In this document: positions 12,485-24,734 of the stretch, one piece after another
Layout of the letters: every line of letters starts with the position of its first letter
Position numbering within the stretch: the first letter of the stretch is position 1
Source of the DNA: Takakia lepidozioides
Lineage: Eukaryota; Plantae; Bryophyta
Direction of reading: 5' to 3'
NCBI GenBank assembly: GCA_030704615.1
Contig: CM060731.1
Location: 51,336,001 to 51,400,000 of the forward strand
Length of the DNA stretch: 64,000 bases
Notes under the pieces: model-generated
The model's input: only the letters and a program-made list of their open reading frames with translations
What the model was told of the DNA's origin: nothing
Databases searched by the model: none
Translations under genes and position numbers: made by a program

Positions 12485-12860
12485 GGTTTTTTGTGTTCAT
12501 AGTCGAAGATAAGTTGGCGCGGACTAATAGTTTTTTTTTTCCCCTCTCTGATGAACTTAAACCCAAACTGATTTTAGTCGAAGGCGCCGACTAATAGTTT
12601 ATTTTATTTTATTTTCCCTCTCTGATGAACTTAAACCGAAACTGATTTTTTGTGTTTATAGTCGAATATAAGTCCCAACTAATAGTTTTTTTTTTTTTTT
12701 TTTTTTTTTCTCCCCCCTCCCCTCTTTGATGAATTTAAACCCAAACTGAATTTTTGTGTTCATAGTCGAAGATAAGTCGGCGCCGACTAATAGATTTATT
12801 ACTATTATTACAATTTGTTTTTAAATTGTTTACCTCTCTGATGAACTTGTATGAGTTCAA
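12485..12860. repeat. Four-unit tandem repeat with palindromic core
   Basis: Blocks AGTCGAAGATAAGTCGGCGCCGACTAATAG and CCTCTCTGATGAACTTAAACC(C/G)AAACTGA separated by variable T-rich tracts. Confidence 0.85.
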
Positions 12861-15610
12861 AGAACCAATAATTTTTGCATGAAACAATTTCTTTTCTCTT
12901 TGACACTTGTAGTTTTTTAAGTTTGTCGTGGCAGAGATTGTTTAATATGAAGTCGATGCCGACTACCCAGCGACGGTGGGTCTATGCATGGATTGCTAAG
13001 TATGATTTTTGCTATCTCCTTCAAGGATACTGCCGCTGCAGTCTTCTTCGGACCATTATCTAATTGGTAGTTGAAGTCCGTTGGAGACCATCCCTTCAAA
13101 GTGAATAATCTCACAATTCATTGAACGAAAATTTCCAGTATCGGAGGGAGTTCAAAAACGTGGTTCATTAGGCATTTTGTCATCTTCGACATCCCTTCCG
13201 GAAGTTACGTACAGATCGCCCATACCTTTGCTAACGATTATGGTAAAGAAAATTATGGGTGAAACCATGGAGGGAGGTCACTACAGAAACTGCCATGTTA
13301 CACAATTTTTGGTCCACCCATCTGTGCTTTTACCCAGGTCGTTGGTGATTGTGAACAGCTGCTCATTGAGTGCTCGGGGTTCCTCTTATGCTGTGTGGAC
13401 TTTGACATTTTCTGCGTCCAGTTCGCTCATGACGTTGTTGTTCAAACTTCTCCTGCCATGTAGCACGAGTGCTCTCCGGGATGTTGTATTGCTTGAGGAG
13501 ATTGTCATATTGAGCTTGCAAATCATTGATCAGGGCCTTGTGGTTGCAGGGTGGTGTGCATGCCGCTTCCAACTCTGCTTGGTGCTTGCGCTGAAATTCT
13601 TCCTACATTGTGAGTAGAGTCTTAGAAGGAATATAATTGTTGGCCCGACCAATGAGGTTGGTGGCACATTGTAGTGCTGCAACTGTTTGTGCAATTACGT
13701 TGCCCGGGACGTCTTCCAGTCCCTTAGTCCCTCGGTGTCTGGGACATTGTGTAGCAGCATCAGGTCCAAGCCGAGGTGCATCTCCTGGTGAGTGGTCTGC
13801 TTATGTGGGGTTGATGTTGCCGCTGTTACTGCTGGTGGTTTTGCTTGCACCTCAATAGTTTGCAGAGCTTCTGCATTGTTGTCTGGAGCAGCCTCCGTTG
13901 GGGTGGTCTTTTCTTCCTCCCTGTTGCCTTCTTTTTGATGCAGAGTTGACTCCAGGATGGAGTCAAAGTGTAGTTCTTCCTGCTAGGCTCAACATGCTGG
14001 GTCCGCCATGGTCGGTCCGTGGTTTCTTTGCAGCTCCCCTAAGTTCATCTCCTAGGGTCACTGAATCTCCCTCGTCTTCAGTAGTGATTGTTGCACTCAT
14101 GATGCCGAGAGTGGCCCGTTCTTCTGCTGTGAGGTGAACAATGTGCCGAATCATGTAGCAGAAGTGGGGTCGCCGTTGTTTGTGTTGTCCGTCTCTTCTT
14201 TTAGAGAATTCTGTTGAGTTCGGATAGCAGATTCTTTAGGAGGTATCATGCCCAATTGACAGGTTGTCCATTGGGGCCAAGCAACACCTACTCCAGGAAC
14301 CCCTTGATATAATAGTTATTGTTGTGGCTGAGGCAAAACAATGAATTCAACATTGGGCTGATTCTACCAAATCCTGGAGTTCGGCAGTGATTGCAAATGT
14401 ATCTTTGATGTGGTTGGCTCAAGTCATTGAAGAGATCTACAAGGACAAACTTATGTAGCGCATTTGTCAAAGACGGAGTGTCATCACATGATAATGGAAG
14501 ACGGTGGCCAAGTATGGCTCTGTGAGCAGGATCTGTGTATCGCGCGCATGTGTAGTGCGGGTGCATACATTGTAGTTCTATAGGAATTATCTGCACAATT
14601 TTGTCATGCTTGAGGTTCCATTCGAGGGTGGTGATGAAGAATCTGAGGCCGAGACTCTCCAAGATCGCCTGCGTAGCTTCGTTCCTATCAATTTTCCTTA
14701 CAACCGGGCTGAGCTCGAAGTTCACACTTTCGTAAGGACTTTGGTTCTTCCGTTTGACGCCCGTTATTCTCACCCGGTAAGTTGCAGCAAGGAATTGCAT
14801 GATCAATTTTTGCAGTAACAATAGCATGGTGTGGTAAGAACAGAAAAGAAATTGCGTTGGAAGCAATTGCCAATGTAGGGAAGAGAGGGTTTTTGAGTCC
14901 TGCAGGGGTTTAAATAGAGAATCCGACATCATGGGATTCAAATGAAATACCCTAGAGTTCTTCATGCATGTAGCTGTATTTGAGGTCGTAGCCATGCTGT
15001 GATGTTTCATTTCATTTAAAGCGCTCGGGGCTTTAAATATTCTTTCAGCCATTATCAAGAAGCATCCCGCTTCCCGTAACGATTTCGTGAGCCAGTGTTC
15101 ATCCCTTCGCTGGATGATTTTTGGTCTTTGTCGTTGTTTTTTTCTTTTCCGTTCATTCTTTCGAGATGACAAGGTTTTAGGAGGGTACGACATTCTTGGA
15201 GGAAAATGCGGTGGCATATTAATACAGTACATGCAGCTGTGGTTGTCGTTATTGCCTTCTGCCATCTTTCTTTGCGCTGTTGGGCTATGTTGTCGTTCCC
15301 GCTTGCTTTGATGATGAATTGTAGTGGTGTAGCCACATCGCATTCGGCTTCCCTGTCATGTTCCCATCCATCAGAGATTTGTTCCCATTCATGGATTACT
15401 GCTCGTGGTCGTTGTTGAGTCGTGATGGATCGTGGTAATTCTTGTAGAATAGTAGGAATTACTGGCGAAGCTACGATTTAAAAAAAATTTAGTGTATTTT
15501 TCTATTGATATACTCTGTGATACCTTCGATATTGCTGCGATAGAGCAGTGTTCTTCGATATTTTGTATGCAGCCGATAGTCTATCATTGACTGGATGATA
15601 GAAAAAATGG

Positions 15611-16929
15611 ATGAATGATTATAGAGGATGGATAAAAGAGGTTGAGCGGTTATTAAAGTTGTTGGAGCACTATGTTATATATTGCGTTCATGTGAAGCAG
15701 ATGGTGTCAGTTGAGCCAAAGAGCCGTGACCAGAGAGCCAGAGTCGAGATAGAGTGATTTCTCAATGGTAGATTAATACTGCGTTCTTGTGATGTTGTGT
15801 TTGTGAAAGAATAGAAGAGAAGAAGGAGAAAAAGGAAGTTCAATTCACTTTGTGTTGTGTGAAGAATAGAATGATGGAATGTGGGTCCAATTCTGAATGT
15901 AATGGTTGAAGAATTATAATTATGTGAGATAGTGAGAATGTGTACAAATGGAGAGGATAAAGATTCTAAACGAGAATTAATTCCTGGTTTACCCAGAGAA
16001 ATATCGATTCGGATATTTAAGAGTTTATCCTGCAATGAGGCAGAGTTAGTTTGAATAGAAAGTGTGAGTAAAGTCTGGAGAAAGGAATTATCAATTCTAT
16101 ATAAACATCGTCAATTGGGGCGTGAGTGGATTAATATGTGGTGTTGTCCTTTGGATGGTTATCCGGAGTTCATAAAGGGGCAGATTAAGGACTTGAAGAT
16201 AGAAAGTCTTCGATTGGATTAACTGGAAGAGAATGACAGTGAAGTAAAACCATTTGCATGACAGAGAGCAATGATGAGGGAATAAAAGAATTATCAGAGT
16301 TGATCACCGGATTACCATATCATCTATTAATAAGAATCTTTCAGAAGCTTTGTTGTGGTGATAAAGAAGTATTTTAATTACAATTAGTCAATAGAGGATG
16401 GTACAGGGAGTTATCAATTCTATACAGGAATTGTTATTGGAAGCACAGTTGGTTGCAAATATGGCATAGACCTTTTGAAGACTATCCTGAACTTATGAGA
16501 GAATGGAATAATACCTTTGGTGAGGGAAAGTCTCTGGAGGAACTGAAGAAACAAGATTGGTGGTGAAGCACAATCAATGGTGTTGTGTGGAGAGGAGAAA
16601 GAATGGAGGACCCTATAGAATTAATTACTGTATTACCTGATAGTCTATCGATAGATATCTTTAAAAGACTGCGATGTAGTGACATAAAGATAATCAATCT
16701 ATGGCTTGTGAGTAAAGGCATTCGTAACAGTAAGGTTCCCCCACCTGGTTTTAAACTATGTCCTTATTGCAATTTACGTTATCAGCATAAGAAGGCAGAG
16801 ATCCCTGAATGCTTTTGGAGTAAGAAAAGGAAGAGTGGGACGATTGAACTTCCGGGTGTGAAGCCAACGAAAAGCGGAGATGCTAGCTCTGGCGATAGCT
16901 CAGGAGGAGCATATTCAATTGTCACCTGA
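15611..16929 (+). pseudogene. Decayed gene with three tandem F-box-like repeats
   Basis: ELIPGLPREISIRIFKSL (15974), ELITGLPYHLLIRIFQKL (16297) and ELITVLPDSLSIDIFKRL (16618); ~322-bp period and many in-frame stops. Confidence 0.65.
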
Positions 16930-17379
16930 ACAGGAGAAGACGCCAACGACACTCGAATTGTCTGTTGCAAGAAATCGAGGAGATCACCTTGTTTTCTCAA
17001 TAAAGAAAAAGGGGTTATGGGGAATGAAGGAATCCCCCGTGAGAGCGGAGCATCAGGCTAAGGCCAGGGCCGATCGATTGGCAGTGTGGATAGCACGACG
17101 TGCATTATTAGCCCACACAGATAGCTGCATCGGCACCACTTAACGTGCCCCCTATTGCACCCCTCGCACTACCTATTGTACCATCTATTGTACCAGCACC
17201 AATGGCGGCTGTACCGATCGCGGCCGCTCTTCAATCAATCCCAGTGGTGGTGAATGTGGGAGGACCCAATGATAGAACCGTCAATGTATCAAAATGCCAT
17301 GAATATATAATTTAGGGTGCCAAAAGAGCAGAAGTCGGGGTGAATAGTAGATTAGCTCAAATTTTTATTTATTTTTAGC

Positions 17380-17800
17380 TCAATATTATTGGCGGTCGCA
17401 TGTAGATATTAAAAGAAACAAACTAGTTACGACCGCTGGTTTTTAGCAGTCGCAGCTCATTAAAAAATACATAAATATATGCAACCGCCAATATTTGGTA
17501 GTCGTATGTTATTATTTTTTAATAGCTCCCACCGCCAAATTTTGATGGTAAAATATAATTTAAAAAACACAAATAGCTATGATCGCCAAAATTTGGCTGT
17601 CGCAGCTAATTAAATATACATATAATACAAACAACTACCAATATTTTGCGGTCGCAAGTAATTTAAGGAAAAAAAAAAACCTACGACCACCGAAATCCAG
17701 CGGTCACAGTTAACTATGAAATACCTATAATGCAAGCGACCACCAATATGTGACGGTCATGTTTTTATTTTATATAAATAAATTATGACCGCCGATATGT
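17380..17800. mobile_element. CACTA-type subterminal repeat array
   Basis: Alternating GCGGTCGCA and GCGACCGCC motifs in AT-rich spacers, more than 10 copies. Confidence 0.6.
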
Positions 17801-18545
17801 AATTAAACATTACATAAAATTTTAACTCATGAGTTTATAATTCTAGAGTCATCGTAGCCAGGTCATCGTAGACACGTCATCGTCGTCGTCAATTTCTTTG
17901 GAATCTGCCTGGAATGCCCGAAAAAACCAAAAATGACTTCTTGAGCTCAAGCTCAAGTGCGGTGTTTGATGGACTAAACGGGGGTAAGTAGCACCTTCAC
18001 CATTTGTATGGGGCTCTCCAGCTTAGAGAATCTCTTGATGTTGAATTAGATTTGTGGGCTTTTGATTGTTGACAGTGGGTTCACAAGGAAGCAACTATGC
18101 TGCCCTTAACGGTTGTCTTCAGAAGCTCTAGGTTTTCCATGGAATTTCCCAGGTTGTACATTCGCTGTATTGAATGAATGCGTCGTCGGATCTAGGCTCG
18201 GAATTGTGTTGTGCAATTCAGTGGGCGAAGAAGCAAGAAAGCGCATGCGATCGTAGGCAATGCCGATAACTGTTATGTCTGGCATGTAGGTCAACGCTGG
18301 AGCATGGAACAGCGTTGACAGGATTGTCACACCTGATCATTGTCACAGACCACTCCAGAATCTCCAGTCTACAGACATAAGCTGAGTTTTCAACCATCTA
18401 CCCATGTAGGTTTATTGTAGCTATTGATCCACATGGAATCATAGGTCATCTGGAGCTTGAAGTCCGCCCTCTTGGATGAACCTGTCCACTCACACACTAT
18501 CCCTGCTCCTTCAGCTATCCATGCCTCTGCACAAATCATACATAC

Positions 18546-18653
18546 ATCCTTGCCTTGCTTTTCTTTCAACCATGGAGGATTCAACCGACCATCCACCCAA
18601 AGGACCTCTTGTGTGTGCTGCTTGTGTTTGTAGTCAGGTGGTCTTGGATTGGT
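18546..18653 (-). pseudogene. Orphan exon encoding the second half of an OSB-type PDF motif
   Basis: After a cacAG acceptor it reads TNPRPPDYKHKQHTQEVLWVDGRLNPPWLKEK, paralogous to exon 54704-54523. Confidence 0.8.
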
Positions 18654-18727
18654 CTGTGATGAGAACCACCACAGTGCAGCTGAGCAGCCATAGAAACTCT
18701 TTCGAACATATCCAAACTTACAAATAT

Positions 18728-19224
18728 TCTCCTTTTCACCTTCCAGCACCGGGCAGGTGTCATACTCCATACATCGTGTTACCACTTAGCAGAGTCGTGT
18801 GTTTTTAATAAACAGTCGCTACCCCCTGGTATGTGCCACTTTTCTGATCCAAGAACAGGAAAGCACCCCTTCTCCCGAGGTTACGGGGTCATTTTGCCAA
18901 GTTCCTTCAACATGGTTCTCTCAAACGCCTTAGTATACTCTACTTGTTCACCTGTGTTACAATTTGTTTGGTACTGGAAGAGTCATATTTCTCCTAATTC
19001 CACCAAGTTTATTCTTGGAAGTCCACCGACCTGCCCAATCATCCAATTCACGAGTTAAATGAATAAAAAAAAAACCTATGGTTTGGTAGCCAAAGCAACT
19101 TCGTTGCTTCTGTGTACCATTCAGACTAAGCCCTTTTGGAGGTTCCTTAGGGATCGATTCATTTTGCGTAGGTTTATTGAACGCAAAAAATCAAACTTTT
19201 GGTGATCGTGTTTTTCACATTATT
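18728..19224 (-). pseudogene. rrn26: NUMT: second mitochondrial LSU rRNA fragment
   Basis: Reverse complement of ~9610-10026, extended 3' with actgtttattaaaaacac..gacacctgcccggtgctggaagg. Confidence 0.88.
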
Positions 19225-19902
19225 AGCATATATATTTTTTAATTTTTCAAGTGTCAAAGCAGAACATTTTGTAACTCATTCGCCTCCATGGCGCTTAAAT
19301 GAAAGAGGTTATTTTCTCCTCTCACTACTAAGGGGCCTGATTTATGAGCTGTCGCTCCCAGGTGTTTCCTCTTTAAAAAAACAAAAAAACAGAAAAAGAA
19401 CAAAATCATTTATATATAGATATATATTTCATATTATGATTTCTGCATGGTCAAATTCAGGCAGAATAGGGCGATTAGCGATAGGCTTGCACCAATCATA
19501 CAATGCAGCGGACATACATGCTACCGTACGATGACGCGTCAACTTTTCAGTGGATGGCCTATATGGTTATATCCGCTTGTCGCAGAGTCACATACTTACA
19601 TTCTGCACTGGAGCGCACTGAAGTTGCAACTCGTCTGATGATTTGCAAGTACCTCTTAACGTTCTCTCCGAAAGATCTCCGGAAGCGTTTTTGTACACAC
19701 GTCGTGATTGTTTGCTTGGAGATTTGCTTTGAAAATGCTCCCTTCTATTAGTACTTCCAAAATGCCACGTGAGGCTTCTCCTCGGTAGTTTATCGAAAGC
19801 GTTCTCTCATTGCAACATTTGTTGACGAGGGATAATTATAGACTGACCTGAGGTCCTGTTTGTTATCCTACAACTCTCCAGTGGAAAACGCTTACTGCAG
19901 AC

Positions 19903-22900
19903 ATGGCTGTTACATCATCAACTGCTTCTGCCTTTCTGGCGTCTTCGTTCATCTTTGTGCACCGACCTTCACGGACCTTAAGGTATGTGCATCAATTGAC
20001 ACGATTGCTTGCGCTTATTCTTCTATTTGATTTGATGTACAAACTAACTTGTGTTTCGACGCTCCAAAGTTGATCAAGTAAGTATCTGCGGAAACCTCCA
20101 GCTTCAGTTGTGTGTATCACATTGGAAGGAATGGCCAGCGAAACTGAAGAATATTGTTCTGACGTACATTTGAACTGTCGAGATTTAAACCGGCTCCCCA
20201 GATGCACAACTATATCATCCCTGTCTCCAGGTACCTTCGGGATTAATCCATGTGATTTCCACAAAGAGAGCTTTTAAGAGACTGTAGAGATCTCGCTTCA
20301 GTTCCGAGGCAAGAGGGCGAAGCGAGCTACACTTGATATCATTAAGTCATTGGGACTGGTCTGCAGACAAGGTGTTCGACATTGGGAGTGCAATGTCATT
20401 CTGTATAGATTTTGATTGGCTTAAATGTTGTAAAACACTACTCCTTAGAAATGCACTCGCATGACGGTGTGTAGCATTGAGGTCAGGTGTTTTCTGCTGA
20501 AGTTTGCACACTGAACTTTGATGCACATGGACTACTTTTTTCTTACTGATTCAGCATTTTTTCCCTCGTTCATCTGGCGAGGTGCACATTTGGCAGCTCG
20601 TGTGGTGTGGTGATACTGGGGAGAGGGAGGGAGGGCTTGAGGGGATTTTGCATTTTGGAAGGCGGTATGTTTGTGACACGTAGCAATGACTTACAAGCGT
20701 TACCCTGCTCACTCAGGATTCCAACATGTAGCTATGGTCAATGTCTGTGTGGTCTGCCAGTTATCTTTTAACTTTTTGAAGATGAATGTTCCAGAGTTGA
20801 GCAATGTAGTGGGAGGAAGATTGGTGCTGGAGTACGGTGCTCTCTCAACCTGCCATCTATGGTAGTGAGCGCAATGGATAATATACAGGCTGCTGCTGTG
20901 GTATCCATGGCTGCTATGCTGCTTATGGCCCCTGGCAGTCAGGTGACCCCGTTGATTCCAGCAACTCTTTTGTGTTCTTAAGCAGCTTAGGTCAACCTCA
21001 TTGAGTTCAGAGGCATATAATTACCAGATTTAACAAGGGAACTAACGGGGTTGACTTTTTTACATGAAAGTCACACAGTTCTCAAATGGCTTTTGGTTCT
21101 TCCCGAGAGGTCAGACATATTACTGTGGTATTGGAGGCATGGACCGTTTACAAAATTCTTATTTCCTAAAGACAAGTCGTTCCTGCGATATTGCCTCATT
21201 TGCTGGTGGTTCCACAAACTGTGGACGAGAGCAGGCCCTCCCCTTTTACCTTGGTAGTTTTCAAAAGGGTGCAGCTCATGGACTTGGTAAACTGAAGGCT
21301 CAAACAAAAATAAGTGGAGGTTATAGCAGGGTATTGAGGGATGTTGATAAGTACCCAGGACAAGCCCACTTTTTAGCTGGTCCAAGAAAATTAGAAACTG
21401 TTGAGATTTTCAAATGAGTAGCTACGATGATGATGTCCCACAGGTGGCCCTTGCAGAGGTGCAACCATTGCCTGAGAACATGTGTGAGCTTGCAGCAGTT
21501 CCAGATACAAGCACTGTCCTTAAATTGGATTCGTCATCTGAGACTGGGTCAGAGGAAGGTGGGCCACCTGCAATGACAGCGGGCATGACAATGAGAAACT
21601 TTGATCCAATACGGTACTCAGGCCGTTGGTTTGAGGTCGCCTCCTTGAAGCAAGGGTTTGCTGGACAGGGCCAAGAGGATTGCCATTGTACTCAGGTATC
21701 GTGAAGGGCATGTGTGTGTATAGTCTTGCTTCTATCTCTGTTACTCTAGTGTTTATTGAATGCTTAAGAAACACAAGGCATACTTCGTGTTAGTTTCTGC
21801 AGCGGTTAAAGGTTGTTGTTGCCAATAGTAGGGCATTCTCTAGCTAAGATATGCATTAGAACCTGCAGTAGTTCACCTCTATGTGGCATGCGATGTTGCA
21901 GGGTGTATACTCATATGACGAAACAAAACAGGCAATTCAGGTTAGCCTCTTCTATTTCAATCAACAATGTGCAGGAATTTGTGCTGAGTGTTTAGTAAAT
22001 CTCCTGAGATCAGTTGGCACTCCCAGATCGGTGCCGACAGGTTGGCTGGCCCATGCACAATGGGTCATCCACGTTTCAGGCTCCACTCACCAACCAGGGA
22101 CTGTTTTTGTAGAATCCCCTGAGGCCCTCAGTTCATGGGCGCTGGAGCTGGCGACTTTACAGTGTAAATGCATTGGTTGTTTCAAAATGATTCTTTAAAG
22201 TTCATGCTGAAGTATTAGTTATATCAGATCGGAATAGCTTATTAGTTGAGTGCAACTTTACAGTGTAAATGAATTGGTTGTTTCAAAATGATTCTTTAAA
22301 GTTCATGCTGAAGTATTAGTTATATCAGATCGGAATAGCTTATTAGTTGAGTGCAAATGTTCATATGCAGGCCCATGGTCGTGCTATAACCATTTCTAAG
22401 GACTGTAGTTCGTGCAACAGGTGGACACATTCTGTGTGCACGGGAGCCCCACAGGTTACATCACAGGCATACGTGGCAGAGTGCAGTGTGTCACAGACGC
22501 AGAGCTCGTGAGGTTGAAGATTAGTGATTTCGAGAGAATGCAAATGATACGACAAAAGTGCTACTTGCGTTTTCCTAACCTTCCCTTCATTCCCCGGCAA
22601 CCCTACAATGTGATCGCAACTGACTATGACACCTACGCCCTTGTGTCAGGGGCCAAGGATGCTAGCTTCATTCAGGTGCAGCTTTGAATCACCGCTCTTC
22701 CCTTAAGGGGGAAACATATAAAGAGTAGTCCAATGACACAGGCTCCTCACTTCTTTTTAAAGACACTAAATATATACGGATATGTGCTTGCAACTGCTCT
22801 CCAAGATGGATATGTTTTGGCAAGTTGTGTATTGCTTGTTCCATTGAGAAGACTTTCTGATAGGAGTGGGTGACACAGATCTATTCTCGAACACCAAATC

Positions 22901-23166
22901 CAGGGCCTGAATTTATTGAGAAGCACAAGACATTCCTTGGCACACTGGGATACGATGCGGAGGATATAAAGGATACACCCCAAGACTGTGAAGGGACATC
23001 GACGGCCGACTTGAATCGCATGATGTCCATGCCAGGCATGGAGGGGGCAATGACCAATACGTTCCCCGCCCTTGAGCTTTCGAAGGCTGTGCAGTTTGAC
23101 CCCTTCACAAGTGCATTTCAGACGCTCCGAAAGCTTGTTGAGCTGTACCTGCCAAAGTTCAAGTAG
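19903..23166 (+). CDS. CHL: Chloroplastic (thylakoid lumen) lipocalin
   Basis: Exons 19903-19982, 20795-20942, 21444-21695, 21902-21940, 22421-22675 and 22879-23166, all GT-AG and in frame. Lipocalin motifs RYSGRWFEVASLK, ATDYDTYALVSG and IYSRTP; bipartite transit peptide ending ALA. Confidence 0.93.
22154..22356. repeat. 101-bp tandem duplication in CHL intron 4
   Basis: Two adjacent copies differing at one position. Confidence 0.92.
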
Positions 23167-24734
23167 TTTTGTATGCACCATCCAAACGCACCCCCACGTG
23201 GCTTTGCCACTTTGTGTGTGGGGGCAGTTAGAAAAGGGACGTGCTGTCTCTGGATCACAATTTTTCTGAATGCAGGCAGTGGACTGGTGATCTTCAAGCT
23301 TCTGGCAGTGAATGACATGGAAGTTGGAGTTGTTGGCTGTTTAGTTGAGGTTCCTGCGAATCTTTTGAAAAAATGTTTGGTCTCTTCCCGATGATAATCA
23401 CGCTCACAATGCACACAACTGCAGGTTATGATAATGATTTTGTTGCGTCGGACAAAAATTGAGAGACGAAAGGCTATTGGTTTTGGGTGGACTTTCAGGC
23501 ATCTCCATTGATAGTCACCAGGGCACTTTGCAGGTTAGAAATCTGCAGGCTGAAATAACGCTGTGCACACTAGTTAGTTCTTATTCTTTTGTTTGTTTCC
23601 ATGTTGGCTGTAGTTGCGTGACAGGCTCTGTGAATAGGCTGGATGGCACAGCAACATGCTTGCAAGGCTGGATGCATGTATCTGCCAGTCTCATCCTCAG
23701 ACAGGACACTATACACCATGTCTCTACCTGGTGGAAACATATTGTATCTTGTATTGACCATTGGAGACTGAACCGTATAGTGGGGATTTGATATTAGGGC
23801 AGTGACACCACAGACAAACCCTAACTGTGATCTTGCAGGTAACGTCAACGGCTCATATGATAGCTCATCCTCCTTACAAGTGGGACATTTCAAGAGCCAC
23901 ACCACACACATGTTATTGACATCATACAGGACTGAGCGAATTTCCAACTTTGGCAAGCTCACTATGCTATGGCTGGAGGGAAACACCAGGGAGCGGCTAA
24001 TCACACTTGTGTATCAAGCAAGCTTATTTTTACATGGCGTTGTCTCAGCCCCCTAGAACATTTACTTGCATTTATTGATAAGATGAAAAATTAAACAATC
24101 TGGAAGAATGGATCATGAGGGATACATTTGTGTGCATGTGGACTGGTTTAAGGAGTTCAAAGACGGCCTACCACTCATGTAGGCGTGATGTCACTCGTTA
24201 TAGCCAACCTAGCTATAAAGAAGGGTTTTGCTAAGTCTAGCGCACATCTAATGTGAGGGTACTTAAAGTGTGAGTACATGGGGACTTTGGACGACATAGC
24301 CTCGTATGGCTGGTAGGTGTCCACCTTCCAAACTGAAGGTGGCAAGTGGCAACCCTTTGGGTGACCATAAGTTCTGAAGGAGTCAACCTTCCTTCTTGTC
24401 TCAATGGGCTGCTAAGTTTAGCCCTTCCCCAGTAGCTTTCTAAAAATTATAGGTTTTTTTTGGTGAGGGTCTTCTATCAATGGGATTGTCTTTATGCAGC
24501 AAAATGAGTCTGGAGAAGAGAGAAAAGTGAGGATGAGAGGGAGTAAATCCTCCTTCCGCAATAGCCTTCCAAAAATGACCAGTCTGGATTTGCTGTCTGA
24601 GTCATACTTGAGATGAGCTATAGACACGACTATGAGAGAACCCATTCTAGTGGCAAGGCACTGTGTATTGGCATACCAGTTTCGTAGGTATGTGGACTGT
24701 TCTTAAGCCAAAAGTGGCAAACTGTTGAAGTTCA

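Noticed and set aside
12485-12860. CRISPR array or C/D snoRNA cluster (TGATGA...CTGA)
   Set aside because: Spacers are low-complexity T tracts, and the C-to-D distance (~14 nt) is too short for a snoRNA.
13279-13289. CACTACAGAAA as a CACTA 5' terminus
   Set aside because: No adjacent subterminal repeats and no matching 3' terminus or TSD were found.
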